The translations under genes were made by a program, and so were the position numbers. 64,000 nt of DNA from Candidatus Anstonellales archaeon (GTDB lineage Archaea; Micrarchaeota; Micrarchaeia; Anstonellales; J096): NCBI GenBank assembly GCA_038890615.1, contig JAWAFI010000001.1, positions 240,744-304,743 on the forward strand. Direction: 5' to 3'. The notes under the pieces were generated by a model. The model was not told where the DNA came from, did not search any database, and saw only the letters and a list, made by a program, of their open reading frames with translations. Below are positions 49,223 to 59,009 of the stretch, one piece after another. Each line of letters begins with the position of its first letter. The stretch's first letter is position 1.

Positions 49223-49759
49223 ATGCCTGGCATGACCCCCACAAAAAGATTCCCTTTTGAGGGAATCCATGACAGCATGCTCCATCAGAGGTGGATAAAG
49301 AGGAAGGGTGGCAGGCTCTCAGAAAATCCCAAGAAAGCTTTTAAGGGAATGGGCAAGCAAGAAAGAGTTTCATTGCTTAAGGAGATGTGGCAGGAGGCAA
49401 ACATCGCTTTGGGAAAGGAGGAAATGGAGATTGTGTTTGAGGGGCTGATGGACAAAGACCAGGAAGTTAACAAAGCAGCATGGAGAGTGCTGGAGAGGAT
49501 GAGGGGGATGTGCCCTGCAAAGGGCGATGAAGCAGTTGCACTCGCAAGGGAATGGGCAAGCAACAAAGAAGCATGGAGAAACGCACTGATTAGGAAAGGG
49601 GTCATGCTCATTTTGGGGGAATGCGGCAAGGAAAAGGACTGCAATATCATATGGGCTGGGCTTAAGGACAGCGACCTTGAGGTCTATAGCGAAGCGATGG
49701 CTGCATTCAACAGGCTTTCAGAAAGGGGTTATGACCTATATAGGTTCAGAATCGCCTAA
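49223..49759 (+). CDS. HEAT-repeat-like protein
   Basis: GLMDKDQEVNKAA and GLKDSDLEVYSEA units. Confidence 0.65.
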   Translation: MPGMTPTKRFPFEGIHDSMLHQRWIKRKGGRLSENPKKAFKGMGKQERVSLLKEMWQEANIALGKEEMEIVFEGLMDKDQEVNKAAWRVLERMRGMCPAKGDEAVALAREWASNKEAWRNALIRKGVMLILGECGKEKDCNIIWAGLKDSDLEVYSEAMAAFNRLSERGYDLYRFRIA

Positions 49760-49826
49760 GCTAAGGGGATAATGAAGCTAGGGAAGTTATCTAATGGATG
49801 CTTTTGGCTTTTTGCTTGAAAAAAGA

Positions 49827-51473
49827 CTATTCTATGCCGATAATTTTTTCCACAAGGGCAGCATAGGCAGGCCTTGAAACAAGGTAGCCCATGAGGGAGC
49901 CGAGTATCGTTGATATTGCAAACCCTATTACCTCCACCATTCCTGAGAAAAGCAAAGGCACCATAACGAGCACTGCGACAACTGTGTTCATTGTGATTAT
50001 CTCAAAAGCCCTAGAAAGCGACTCTTTTGCAGATGAGCCCTTCCTTAGAAGCTCGTCTGTTATTAGTATCTGCGCATCCACCCCTACTCCTATTGCAGCA
50101 ATGATGCCTGCCATTCCTGCCAAGTCAATGGTAAATGAGCCAAGTGTTGCAAGGAGTATGATCAGCTCCGAGATGCTTACGATCACAGCAGGGAAAATGA
50201 GCTTTATCTTCCTGTAGCGCACTGCAATTACCACTGACACGAAAAGGAGCGCCCCAACAATTCCTATCAAGCTTATCTCAAGGAAGGATTGCCCCAATGA
50301 AGGAGGTATTGAAATCAAGCTCCCTACTGAAATCCTGACAGGAAGAGAGCCGCCTTTCAGTATTGATTCTACAAAGCGCGCCTCTGCATCTGCCTCTACG
50401 AAGCTAAGCGCGCCTGCGCTGTCCCTTGCCTGGCCTCCTATCTGGTAGGAATATGAAGGCAGCCCTTCAGTGACCCCAGGAGACAAGACCGGGGCAGAAA
50501 GAAGGCCTGCTGCCTCCCATTTTGACACCCTTATCTCTCCTGTGGTTGGGTTTCTGAAAAGCTCTGGTAGCATGCTTTCTACTCTCTTTACTTTATACCC
50601 CTTTGCCTCAAGCGCTGCAGCAATTGAAGCGTCTGAAGCTACTGCTGTCCTGTTCTGGTATTCTGGCGCTGGCACCTCTGCGCTGCTTGAAACATAGAGT
50701 ATGCCGCTGCTGTCTCCCTCCAGAGCTATTGCCTTCCTGAGTGCTGACATCACCTCTGATTCCTTGAACTCTATTGAAAGGTTTGCCATGTCCTGCTTGG
50801 TGATTATGTAGGTTGCATTTTCCTCCCTGTCTATGAACATGTAAAGCGGATAATCTGCCTTTCCTTTTGCCACCTCTGCGAAATGCTCAGCGCCTTCTTT
50901 TGTCACAGAGAAATATACCGCCCAATTTTGCCCTCCAGGTAGGTTTCCGACATACCTTGAGATTGTGCCTGGCAGTATCTCCCTTCCGCTTATTGCCACC
51001 CTTCCATCAACAATGCCTGTGAAAACACCCTGTTTTGATATTGAGTTAAGTATAGCAGTAGTCCTCTCATCGTTTGTGCCTGGTATCTCAACATAAACTT
51101 GGGCATTCCCCAAAGCTGTGACGCGCACCTCTGTGAGGCCCATCACGCTTGCCCTTTTCTTTATTATGGTTATGACTTCCTGCATTGTTGTGTCATCAAC
51201 CTTATGCTCCAGCGTTATCGGTATCCTTGTGCCCCCTTGGAAATCTATGCCGAACTTCATGCCATGCGCAAATATGCTGATAATAGAAAGGGCAACTATT
51301 ACTGAAAGGAAAAATATCTTGTACTCTGGCTTCTCCATGGAGCCAGCAACAGCCCCAACTACCACTATTGCCACTATGAGCACAAGCCCTGTCGCAGCAG
51401 GGTAGAGCACTATGAGGGCCCCAAAGAAGGCAAGGAGGAAAACAGCCAATCCTGACTGCATGCTTACTTTCAT
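49827..51473 (-). CDS. secD: Protein-export membrane protein SecD
   Basis: GIDFQGGT, GGSLPV, PSLG, DLAGMAGIIAAIGVGVDAQILITDE. Confidence 0.93.
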   Translation of the reverse strand: MKVSMQSGLAVFLLAFFGALIVLYPAATGLVLIVAIVVVGAVAGSMEKPEYKIFFLSVIVALSIISIFAHGMKFGIDFQGGTRIPITLEHKVDDTTMQEVITIIKKRASVMGLTEVRVTALGNAQVYVEIPGTNDERTTAILNSISKQGVFTGIVDGRVAISGREILPGTISRYVGNLPGGQNWAVYFSVTKEGAEHFAEVAKGKADYPLYMFIDREENATYIITKQDMANLSIEFKESEVMSALRKAIALEGDSSGILYVSSSAEVPAPEYQNRTAVASDASIAAALEAKGYKVKRVESMLPELFRNPTTGEIRVSKWEAAGLLSAPVLSPGVTEGLPSYSYQIGGQARDSAGALSFVEADAEARFVESILKGGSLPVRISVGSLISIPPSLGQSFLEISLIGIVGALLFVSVVIAVRYRKIKLIFPAVIVSISELIILLATLGSFTIDLAGMAGIIAAIGVGVDAQILITDELLRKGSSAKESLSRAFEIITMNTVVAVLVMVPLLFSGMVEVIGFAISTILGSLMGYLVSRPAYAALVEKIIGIE

Positions 51474-52525
51474 ATCTTCCCCTCTGCGTGCAGCAGCATT
51501 ATCACTGCATTTATGCCCCATGTTGCAAACAAGTCCCCAACCAGGCCTGCAAGCGCCACTGCTGATATCTGGTAATAAACAGAAATATGGGTTATCTGCG
51601 AAACAGCGAAAAGCACTAGGAAAGAGCCTATTGCAGTAAGGCTCATTGTAACCCCTGTCTGTAGAGCATCAAAAGCCTTTTCCTTTGGGTCCCCCCTTCT
51701 CTTTATCATCCTGTTTGTGAGGACCATGTCAGTATCCAATGAGAAGCCAACAAGCATTAGCAGGGCTGCAAAAGAAGCAAGCGAGAGAGGAATGCCAAAA
51801 AGGCCCATTGCCCCTAGAGCAAGCACTATGTCGCACGCAGCCCCTATAAGGACAGCTAATGATGGTATTATCCTCCTGAAGAATAAGTAAACCGTAACAA
51901 TGCTAAGCACTGCTGCAAGGATTGCTGCATTCATTGCAGCAGAGAAGAACTGGCTGCTTAAAGCAGGGGATACTGATTGGACAGATAGCTTTTCAGCTGG
52001 TATGAATTGCGAAACCGTAGCCCTTATTTTCTGCTCGTATCCTATTTCTATTTCCCTATAAGCGTCTGATATTGTGTCCTTTAAGTCGTTCAGGTTTGTG
52101 ATTGATTCTGCATTCTTTGAACCCCCTGCAATCCTGAACAGCGCATTTGCCTTTTTGTTGAGCTCCTCCCTTGGGCCCACCTCGTTTTTCACCTGCGCCT
52201 CTGAAACTTGGTCTATCAAGGAAAGGGAGTCCTTGTAGAGTGAAGAGGCTTCATATAAGTAGGCAGGGGTTTCAACTTTTATCTCTACCTTCTTTCCTGC
52301 CAATGCTTCAAAAACACTTACCTCTGCATTGAAGCCCTTTTCCTCAAGGGCCTGCTTCAATGCAGGCGCATCTATGGAATCTACCTGCTCTGCGCTCACA
52401 AGGGTTCCGCCCATGAAATCAACCCCCATTTTTATTGAGGGTATGAAATAAAGCGCAGCCAGCAGAAGCAGTATAGGCAGAATAGCTAAGAGCTTGTAAT
52501 CATAATGATAAATGTTAGGGATCAT
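51470..52525 (-). CDS. secF: Protein-export membrane protein SecF
   Basis: GVDFMGGT, AALLMLVGFSLDTD, TGVTMSLT, GLVGDLFATW. Confidence 0.93.
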   Translation of the reverse strand: MIPNIYHYDYKLLAILPILLLLAALYFIPSIKMGVDFMGGTLVSAEQVDSIDAPALKQALEEKGFNAEVSVFEALAGKKVEIKVETPAYLYEASSLYKDSLSLIDQVSEAQVKNEVGPREELNKKANALFRIAGGSKNAESITNLNDLKDTISDAYREIEIGYEQKIRATVSQFIPAEKLSVQSVSPALSSQFFSAAMNAAILAAVLSIVTVYLFFRRIIPSLAVLIGAACDIVLALGAMGLFGIPLSLASFAALLMLVGFSLDTDMVLTNRMIKRRGDPKEKAFDALQTGVTMSLTAIGSFLVLFAVSQITHISVYYQISAVALAGLVGDLFATWGINAVIMLLHAEGKI

Positions 52526-52607
52526 CCACAACTCAAATGCCAGGAGGTGTTTTTAATTGTTTGTCTTGGAATGCAAAACATTAAAAAGTGATAAGAGTTA
52601 TTCTATT

Positions 52608-53009
52608 ATGGCAATGGAAAAAAGGAAGCTGCGGATGAAAGCCAGCCTGCTCAAGAGCAGAAGCAAACCAAAATGGAAAAAACCCTTATTTGATGAAGAA
52701 GATGAAGGCAAGGCAGTGACAAAGAAGCAGTGGATGGAATTAAGCCCTCTATCAAAGGCTGCTTATCAGGGTGATGTGAAGAAGATAAAGGAACTTTTGA
52801 AAGAAGGCGCAAACCCTGATGTTAGGGACAGCAAGAAAAGGACCCCTCTTATATGGGCTGCCATAGGAAACCAGCCGAAGGCAGCAAAGGCCCTTCTTGA
52901 AGGAGGCGCATCTCTTGAAAAAATTGATGCTTATGGAAAGGGGGCTTTTGATTACGCAGATGATAGTGTTAAGGAAGTATTAATAGACTATGACATTATT
53001 TTTGAATAA
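52608..53009 (+). CDS. Ankyrin-repeat protein
   Basis: SPLSKAA..G, TPLIWAA..N, LL..GA repeats. Confidence 0.88.
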   Translation: MAMEKRKLRMKASLLKSRSKPKWKKPLFDEEDEGKAVTKKQWMELSPLSKAAYQGDVKKIKELLKEGANPDVRDSKKRTPLIWAAIGNQPKAAKALLEGGASLEKIDAYGKGAFDYADDSVKEVLIDYDIIFE

Positions 53010-53014
53010 ATAAG

Positions 53015-53407
53015 GTGATGGGAATGACAGAAAAGGTAGATGGGAAAGACAAGGAAAAATTGGAGAAAAAAGGGTTTGAAGAAAGGGCTGAAAAGCAAGA
53101 GATGAATGAAAGAAAAAGGGAACTTTCCCTATTTGACCTGTTCAGGGAAGCTGAAAGGAGGAAAATGGAAGAAGGGGAAGGGAGGGTTAAGCAAAAGGAT
53201 GTAAATTATAAAGATGAAAAAGACAGGACCCCTATATTTTACGCCGTCATAAAGAATGACTTGGAAGAGGTTAAGAGGCTGATATCAGAAGGCGCTAATT
53301 TGCTTTTGCGAGACAAAAACGGCCTTATGCCCATTGATTATGCAACTACCCCAGAAGTAAGGAGAATCTTATCAAAAGAGATGAAAAGGCAGTTCCTTGA
53401 AGGGTAG
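53015..53407 (+). CDS. Ankyrin-repeat protein
   Basis: DVNYKDEKDRTPIFYAV...LISEGA...D.NG..PIDYA. Confidence 0.85.
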   Translation: MMGMTEKVDGKDKEKLEKKGFEERAEKQEMNERKRELSLFDLFREAERRKMEEGEGRVKQKDVNYKDEKDRTPIFYAVIKNDLEEVKRLISEGANLLLRDKNGLMPIDYATTPEVRRILSKEMKRQFLEG

Positions 53408-53467
53408 ATACGTCTTTAGCCGAAGAGACCCATAAGCGTTTAAAAGCATTTGCCAAAAAGTAGGGTT

Positions 53468-53878
53468 ATGAAAGAGAGCATACCGCTTACTTGGAGAAGG
53501 ATTAGGGAAAGATACCTCTTAGAAGCTACATTTTGCAAGAATTGCACTTCTTACTTCTTCCCTCCCAGGAACATATGCCCTAAGTGCAGGAGAAAAGAGA
53601 AGACAGAAAGGGTGAGGCTGAGCGGAAAAGGAAATGTAATAAGCCATACTGTAATAAGGGTTGCGCCTGAAGGCTTGGAAGGCCATGTGCCTTATGTGAT
53701 GGCCATAGTCAAGATGGATGAAGGGGTAAATGTGCTTGGCCAGGTAGTGGACACTGACAAGGTTAAGATAGGTGATAGGGTTGAGGTTGTTTTCAGGAAG
53801 ATTCAGCAAGACGACCCAGAAGGGGTAATACATTACGGCTTCAAGTTCAGGAAAGTTGGGAATGGGAGGCAAAAATGA
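53468..53878 (+). CDS. DUF35 family Zn-ribbon/OB-fold protein
   Basis: CKNC...FPPR..CPKC, PYV.AIV..DEG, IHYGFKF. Confidence 0.9.
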   Translation: MKESIPLTWRRIRERYLLEATFCKNCTSYFFPPRNICPKCRRKEKTERVRLSGKGNVISHTVIRVAPEGLEGHVPYVMAIVKMDEGVNVLGQVVDTDKVKIGDRVEVVFRKIQQDDPEGVIHYGFKFRKVGNGRQK

Positions 53879-54740
53879 GCTTAGTGGAGAATTTTAAAAG
53901 AGCCCTGGCTTTTTACTCTTCTACCTTTGATTCTCTTGAGGGAGTTTACAAGCCCTATGCAATCGTTTCAATCATTTTCCTCTCTTTGATTTTTGGGTTT
54001 GGGGTTATTAGCTTTTTAGGCATCTATGTATTTGGAGTGCTTGGTTTGATATTGGGCTCAATCCTTGCAGGGGTATTTGGAGCACTAGGGGGTATTGCCG
54101 TCCTTGCTGCCCTTTTCCTGCTGCTTCTCCTCTTCTTTGTTTTCATGCTTGGGTGGCAGGATGCTGTTCTGCTTGAGCTTATACAGCGCGGCCTTTCAAG
54201 CAAGAAGGAAAGGGCATATTGGAAGAAAGGGGCAATAAGGAAATCAATAGCCCTAATAATGGAAAAGCGTGGGGAATTCTTTCCTTATGCCTTGATAAGG
54301 GTTTATTATGGGCTAATCTCGCTGCTAATAGGGGCATAATATACGTGCCGCTTTTCTTAATAGCAACCTCTGCTGGGCTCATAAGCTTTTCTGCGCTTGA
54401 AAGCGACAGCCCATTGCCAATGCTTGCAGTTTATGCAATTGTAGGCCTAGGCATGCTCATAATGCTCCCTTTCACGCTGCTCATAAACTACCTTGCAAAA
54501 ATAACCCTTGCGCACAGGAAGGCAACAGGAGAAGGGGTGCTTTCCTCTGCTGGATGGGCGTTTGAGTTTGCCTTTAAGAAGGGCTACAGGAGCTTTGCGA
54601 TTGCAGGTATGTTTCTTAACTTCATGGCAATCGTCCTTTCAATAATACCAATGCTGGGCAATCTTGTGCAGGTCGCAGCACCTTACATACTCCTCATGGC
54701 TGTGGGAGGCGCAACCATCAAGCTTGAGCGCAAAAGTTAA
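53875..54740 (+). pseudogene. Membrane protein split by a frameshift (paralog of 54765-55670)
   Basis: The two ORFs join into one paralog-length protein if one G is added to GGGG at 54331-54334. Could also be a sequencing error. Confidence 0.7.
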
Positions 54741-54764
54741 ATTTAAGAAGCAAGCGCTTTATCT

Positions 54765-55670
54765 ATGGCAGATAGCCTTTTTGAAAAGATTCAGGAAAAC
54801 CTTGAATTCTATCTGAAGACATTTGATTACATATCAAGCATATACAAGCCTTTTATTGTGTCAGCGCTCTTGATACTTGTTGCTACTTTTGTCACTGTAT
54901 TTGGAAGCGTGCTCTTGGGGTACTTAATTGGATTCCTGATCTTCTTAGCGCTTGTTGCAATATCAGCTGCATTCCCGCCACTTGCGCTCCTTGGGGTTGC
55001 TGCATTGCCGATTGCAATAGTGCTTGCTTTCCTTTTCATTATGGCTGTTGTGATGGTTCTGGCAGGCATTGCTGATTCAGTATACCTTGAGCTTCTTTAC
55101 GGCGCCTTGGCAAGGAAGGAGAAATGGGATTACCCTGATTGGCTTAACAGAGTACTGGGGCTTTTCTCCTCTGGAATCAACTCAGCCCTGCCTTATGCAG
55201 GCATAAGGATAGTTTTTGGGCTGATTACCTTGGCGATTGTTGGGATTGTGCTTTTGCCAGTGCTTATAGCAGTCGTCTTGCTTGGAATAGGTGCAGGGCC
55301 TTTGGGAATTGTAGGAGCTTTCTTTGGGCTTTATGGCATGTTATTCTTAGGCATAATAGTGCTCATACCTGTAAGGATTGTTGTTAACTTCCTTGACAAA
55401 GCAGCAATAGTGCACAGGAAGCTAAGCGGGGATGGGATAATTGCCTCAGTGAAATGGGCTCTTGATTATGCCCTCCTTAAAAGCGGTCATAGGACCTTTT
55501 CTCTTGCAGGGATTATTATAGAGCTGCTTGCTGTGCTTGTCTCAATAATACCCATCATATCAATAATAGCCCCTTATGTTGCCTACCTTGCCAACTGCGG
55601 CAGCATAATGAGGGCTGAGCTTCCTGCTGAAGCTGAGGCAAAGGAAAAGCCCAGGGGTAGGAGAAAATGA
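54765..55670 (+). CDS. Hypothetical polytopic membrane protein
   Basis: Very hydrophobic; shares F....YKP, LEL, PYA.IR, HRK..G.G and G.R.F..AG with the upstream paralog. Confidence 0.7.
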   Translation: MADSLFEKIQENLEFYLKTFDYISSIYKPFIVSALLILVATFVTVFGSVLLGYLIGFLIFLALVAISAAFPPLALLGVAALPIAIVLAFLFIMAVVMVLAGIADSVYLELLYGALARKEKWDYPDWLNRVLGLFSSGINSALPYAGIRIVFGLITLAIVGIVLLPVLIAVVLLGIGAGPLGIVGAFFGLYGMLFLGIIVLIPVRIVVNFLDKAAIVHRKLSGDGIIASVKWALDYALLKSGHRTFSLAGIIIELLAVLVSIIPIISIIAPYVAYLANCGSIMRAELPAEAEAKEKPRGRRK

Positions 55671-56122
55671 AAGCATTACTGCTTGTTTTGGTTTTGCTTG
55701 CTCCTGCTTTTGCTGATATAAGGCCAGGACCGCAGAAGCCTGAGATAGAGATGAAGCTGGTAAAGAACGGGCAGCCCTACAAAGGTGAAGTGAAGGTAAC
55801 TTACCTTTGCAGCGAGCAGGAAGGAAGGGGCTCAGACAGCCCTGTTGCGCCTTATGATGTTGAGCTAAGCTGCTCTGAAGGAAAATGCACTAACGAGGAG
55901 TGGTATTACAAGTTTAACCCCTGCTACTACTCAAAGGGCTCTTTTCTCATTGAAACGCCTGATGGCCCTCTGACCACCAAGGAGATGGATTTCACTAAAG
56001 GGCAAAAGTATTCATTGGAGATAGATGTTGAGAACAATTCTGTCTTGGAAAAGAATGGGGTTTGCGCTGGGTTTGCTCTTCTTGCAGCCCTGGCACTTTT
56101 TGGCTCAAGGTTAGGTTTTTAA
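55667..56122 (+). CDS. Secreted protein with a C-terminal Cys and hydrophobic anchor
   Basis: Signal peptide MKALLLVLVLLAPAFA; C-terminus GVCAGFALLAALALFGSR. Confidence 0.7.
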   Translation: MKALLLVLVLLAPAFADIRPGPQKPEIEMKLVKNGQPYKGEVKVTYLCSEQEGRGSDSPVAPYDVELSCSEGKCTNEEWYYKFNPCYYSKGSFLIETPDGPLTTKEMDFTKGQKYSLEIDVENNSVLEKNGVCAGFALLAALALFGSRLGF

Positions 56123-56144
56123 ACCAACCTTGCAATAGTAAAGC

Positions 56145-56792
56145 ATGAAGAGGTACATAGCAGAATTCCTGGCTTCTTTCATTCTTGTCTTTCTCACTTC
56201 TGCGGTTTACCTGCTAAACACATTTGAGCAGGTGAACTATGTGGTTGTGCCGCTTGGCTATGGCCTTGCTGCAATGGTCGCCTATTATGCATTTTGGAGA
56301 AAATATGATGTGCATGCTACTCCATTGATGAGCTTTGCCATGCTCGTAACAAAGAAGATAGAGATGAAGCCTTTTGTGTACTTCTTGATATGCCAATTCT
56401 TAGGGGCCCTTATAGGGGTTGCTGTGCTTCCTCTTATCTTCCCGCAGGCAGTGAAGATAAACTATGGGCTTCCGACAGCTGCTGATTTCCAGAGGATAAC
56501 AGAGGTGTGCGCTCTATGCATAGAGGCGCTTTGCTCCTTGGTCTTCGTGCTTGCAACTTACAGGGCATTTGTGCACGACAAGCAGAATGTTCCTTGGATA
56601 GCAGGGCTTTCTTATGCTGCTGTAGCTTTCCTCGCATCTCCAATAACAGCAGCAATGCTCAACCCATTGAGGGCGCTTGCTTTGGGCATCATATCTGGCT
56701 ACCTTGAAACGCAGCCTGTTTACTGGATTGGAGGGCTGCTAGGCGCAGGCGTAGGGGCTCTTATCTACAATGTAGTTTTTGAGAAAGAATAA
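56145..56792 (+). CDS. MIP/aquaporin family channel with divergent NPA motifs
   Basis: AEF, HATPLMS, QFLGA, LNPLRA, VYWIG. Confidence 0.85.
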   Translation: MKRYIAEFLASFILVFLTSAVYLLNTFEQVNYVVVPLGYGLAAMVAYYAFWRKYDVHATPLMSFAMLVTKKIEMKPFVYFLICQFLGALIGVAVLPLIFPQAVKINYGLPTAADFQRITEVCALCIEALCSLVFVLATYRAFVHDKQNVPWIAGLSYAAVAFLASPITAAMLNPLRALALGIISGYLETQPVYWIGGLLGAGVGALIYNVVFEKE

Positions 56793-56793
56793 G

Positions 56794-57302
56794 ATGAAGC
56801 TTAAGTAGCTGTAGTGGGTGTAGGAAACTGCTTTGCAGAGCTTCACCAAGGGATTTAGAGAGAAGAAGGTAGCTATTATAGGAGATGACATAAAGGGGGC
56901 TTTTGGTTCAACGGTCATGCACCACACTATAATAAGGTTGATTAGCTAAAGGCATCTTTCTGCCCACTCAACCTATCAGCTGAATGTTGGTGGGAATTCT
57001 GACTTTTTAAACATGCTTGAGAGAGAAAGGCTCAGGAGCAAGAAGATAAGCAAAACTAAAGCAGTAAAAAGCCAGACAGAAGGGCTAGAACACACGCACA
57101 TATGGCCCTCAGATTATATCCCTTTTCTAAAGAATACTAAGATTGCCTACATAAATGTAAAAGGATAGTGAAGTGCGCTCAGGAAAGAAAAATGTATGGA
57201 GCTCTTGAAATACCATCTGCCTACTATATGAAGCACCCGCCTAGGCAGATGAGTGATTCTGAAGCAAAGGAAAGGCTCCTTGAGATGGTAAAGAAATTTT
57301 GA
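56794..57302 (+). pseudogene. ino1: myo-inositol-1-phosphate (inositol-3-phosphate) synthase pseudogene
   Basis: Fragments [56 protein letters not shown]; frameshift, in-frame stops and two large deletions. Confidence 0.9.
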
Positions 57303-57355
57303 AAGAAAGTAGAAATAGGTTAAAAGGTTATTTGGCTGCGGGATTCATACTAAAC

Positions 57356-58054
57356 CTACTGGAGTTCCACGTAGAAGTAGTATGTCTCTGTGTCCACTCC
57401 GTTCTCTGGTGTTGGGACAAGTGCTGCAAAGTCACCTGCAGTTACAGTGTCATAAACTATGGTGCCATCAACAACTGGTGTGCAGAACAGGAACTGGTCC
57501 TTTGGAGCTGCAGAGTTATCCATGAGAAGGCAAGTGTTCTGCTCACCTGATATGTCAGCTCCTGCTGGTGTCACTGCTGGTGCACCAGTTGCATCATACC
57601 CTGCAATCTCTAATGCTGCGCATGCTCCTGCCATTGTGCTGGTTATGCTGTCGGTGTAAGCAGTGTTGAAGTTCCAGTCAGAGTCTGCTGTTGCCACTAC
57701 CCCATCAGCTAGCCCATCCCATGCTGGACCTGCGCTTGTCGAAAGGCAAACGACACCGCCATCAGATGGATCCCATGCCCATGTGTGGAACTCTGCTGTG
57801 CCATCTGAATCAGCAAGCACTATAGCGCTCCCTGCAGTAAACTCTCCTACTATGCCTGCCCACCTGGTTGTGGTAGAGGTTGCATCCAAGTTTCCTCCGT
57901 ATATCATGCCTCCAGTTACTGTTTCAGATGCTGTAGCTCCACCATTGTCATATGGCCCCCATGTTGTTGTTTGAGTCCAGGTTGTTGCTGGCCCCACTGC
58001 CATCGCTAATCCCATCAGCCCGAAAAGAGCCAATGCCAAAAATCTTGTGCTCAT
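57356..58054 (-). CDS. Secreted cell-surface protein (putative filament subunit 1)
   Basis: Sec signal peptide; Thr/Ala/Asp-rich; W-A-G, FHxW, GVV, DF..LVP and terminal YYFYVEL motifs; no TM anchor. Confidence 0.75.
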   Translation of the reverse strand: MSTRFLALALFGLMGLAMAVGPATTWTQTTTWGPYDNGGATASETVTGGMIYGGNLDATSTTTRWAGIVGEFTAGSAIVLADSDGTAEFHTWAWDPSDGGVVCLSTSAGPAWDGLADGVVATADSDWNFNTAYTDSITSTMAGACAALEIAGYDATGAPAVTPAGADISGEQNTCLLMDNSAAPKDQFLFCTPVVDGTIVYDTVTAGDFAALVPTPENGVDTETYYFYVELQ

Positions 58055-58209
58055 TCTTTACCCACCCTCTGTTTACTTTGTTGCCCTCTTTCTCTACACT
58101 CCATGACTATAGAGGGCAGAGATATAAAAAAGTTTGTTTTAAAAGCCTTTCGCTTTTTTCTCAGAAAATAGAGAGGTTTTATAGGTTGCTTCCTTGGGGG
58201 CATTTGCTT

Positions 58210-58917
58210 TCAGTGCAAGTCAACATAAAAGTAGTAGGTCAAGGTAGGGTCATATGTTGCTGCTGTTGGAACAACAAGCTGGAAATCTGCGTTGTCTGTG
58301 CCTCCTAACAAGTCCATGCCTGGCTTTATCTCACTGCAGAATGCAAATTGAGTAGGTTTTATTTTAATGGCCCCAGTGCGCTTTATCACGCATGTCTGCG
58401 CAGAGGCATCAGCACCAGGCATGTTTGGGGTTAGTGCAGCAGTGCCTGTTAAGTCAAGCCCAGCAACCTCAAAGCCATTGCAGTCCGCTGCAAGGGTGTT
58501 TGAAGAGCTGTCGCTGTCTAGAGGGTCAAAGCCCCATGCATAATCTACTGTGCTGTTGTTTGTAAGCCCTGCAAGGCCCCAAGGGTAGTTGCTATTCAAT
58601 GAAAGGCAAACAACCCCTCCATTTGATGGTGCCCAGCTCCACTGGTGGAAAACGCTTGCGCCTTCTGAGTTTCCAAGGAGGATGCTTATGCCAGATGTGA
58701 ACGTGCCAAAAACCCCTGCCCATTTCTGGGTTGTGTGCTCTATCTCAAAATCCTGCTGGTATTGCGTTTCGGCTTCAACAGGCAGGCTTGCAATGTTTGC
58801 ATTAAGGGAAGGGTATGGGCCGTATTCTGCTGTCTGGGTCCAGTCTGTTGCTGGCCCTATTGAACAAGCTACCCCTATTGCGAAAAGTGCAAGCAGCATT
58901 CCCCTCTTTGCGCCCAT
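58210..58917 (-). CDS. Secreted cell-surface protein (putative filament subunit 2), paralog of 57356-58054
   Basis: Colinear with the neighbour: GPAT.WTQT...GPY, WAG, FH.W.W.P..GGVVCLS, four conserved Cys, YYFYVDL. Confidence 0.75.
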   Translation of the reverse strand: MGAKRGMLLALFAIGVACSIGPATDWTQTAEYGPYPSLNANIASLPVEAETQYQQDFEIEHTTQKWAGVFGTFTSGISILLGNSEGASVFHQWSWAPSNGGVVCLSLNSNYPWGLAGLTNNSTVDYAWGFDPLDSDSSSNTLAADCNGFEVAGLDLTGTAALTPNMPGADASAQTCVIKRTGAIKIKPTQFAFCSEIKPGMDLLGGTDNADFQLVVPTAATYDPTLTYYFYVDLH

Positions 58918-59009
58918 TATTTCCCCCTTTTCTGATTAAGGAAAGGAGAACCTCTTTAAAAGCTTTTGGGCAGGGCAAGGTTTATAAAATCCTGCTTCTT
59001 ATTAACCCC

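Noticed and set aside
53468..53878. DUF35 gene without adjacent thiolase or HMG-CoA synthase
   Set aside because: Partners may lie elsewhere in the genome; this cannot be judged from the window.
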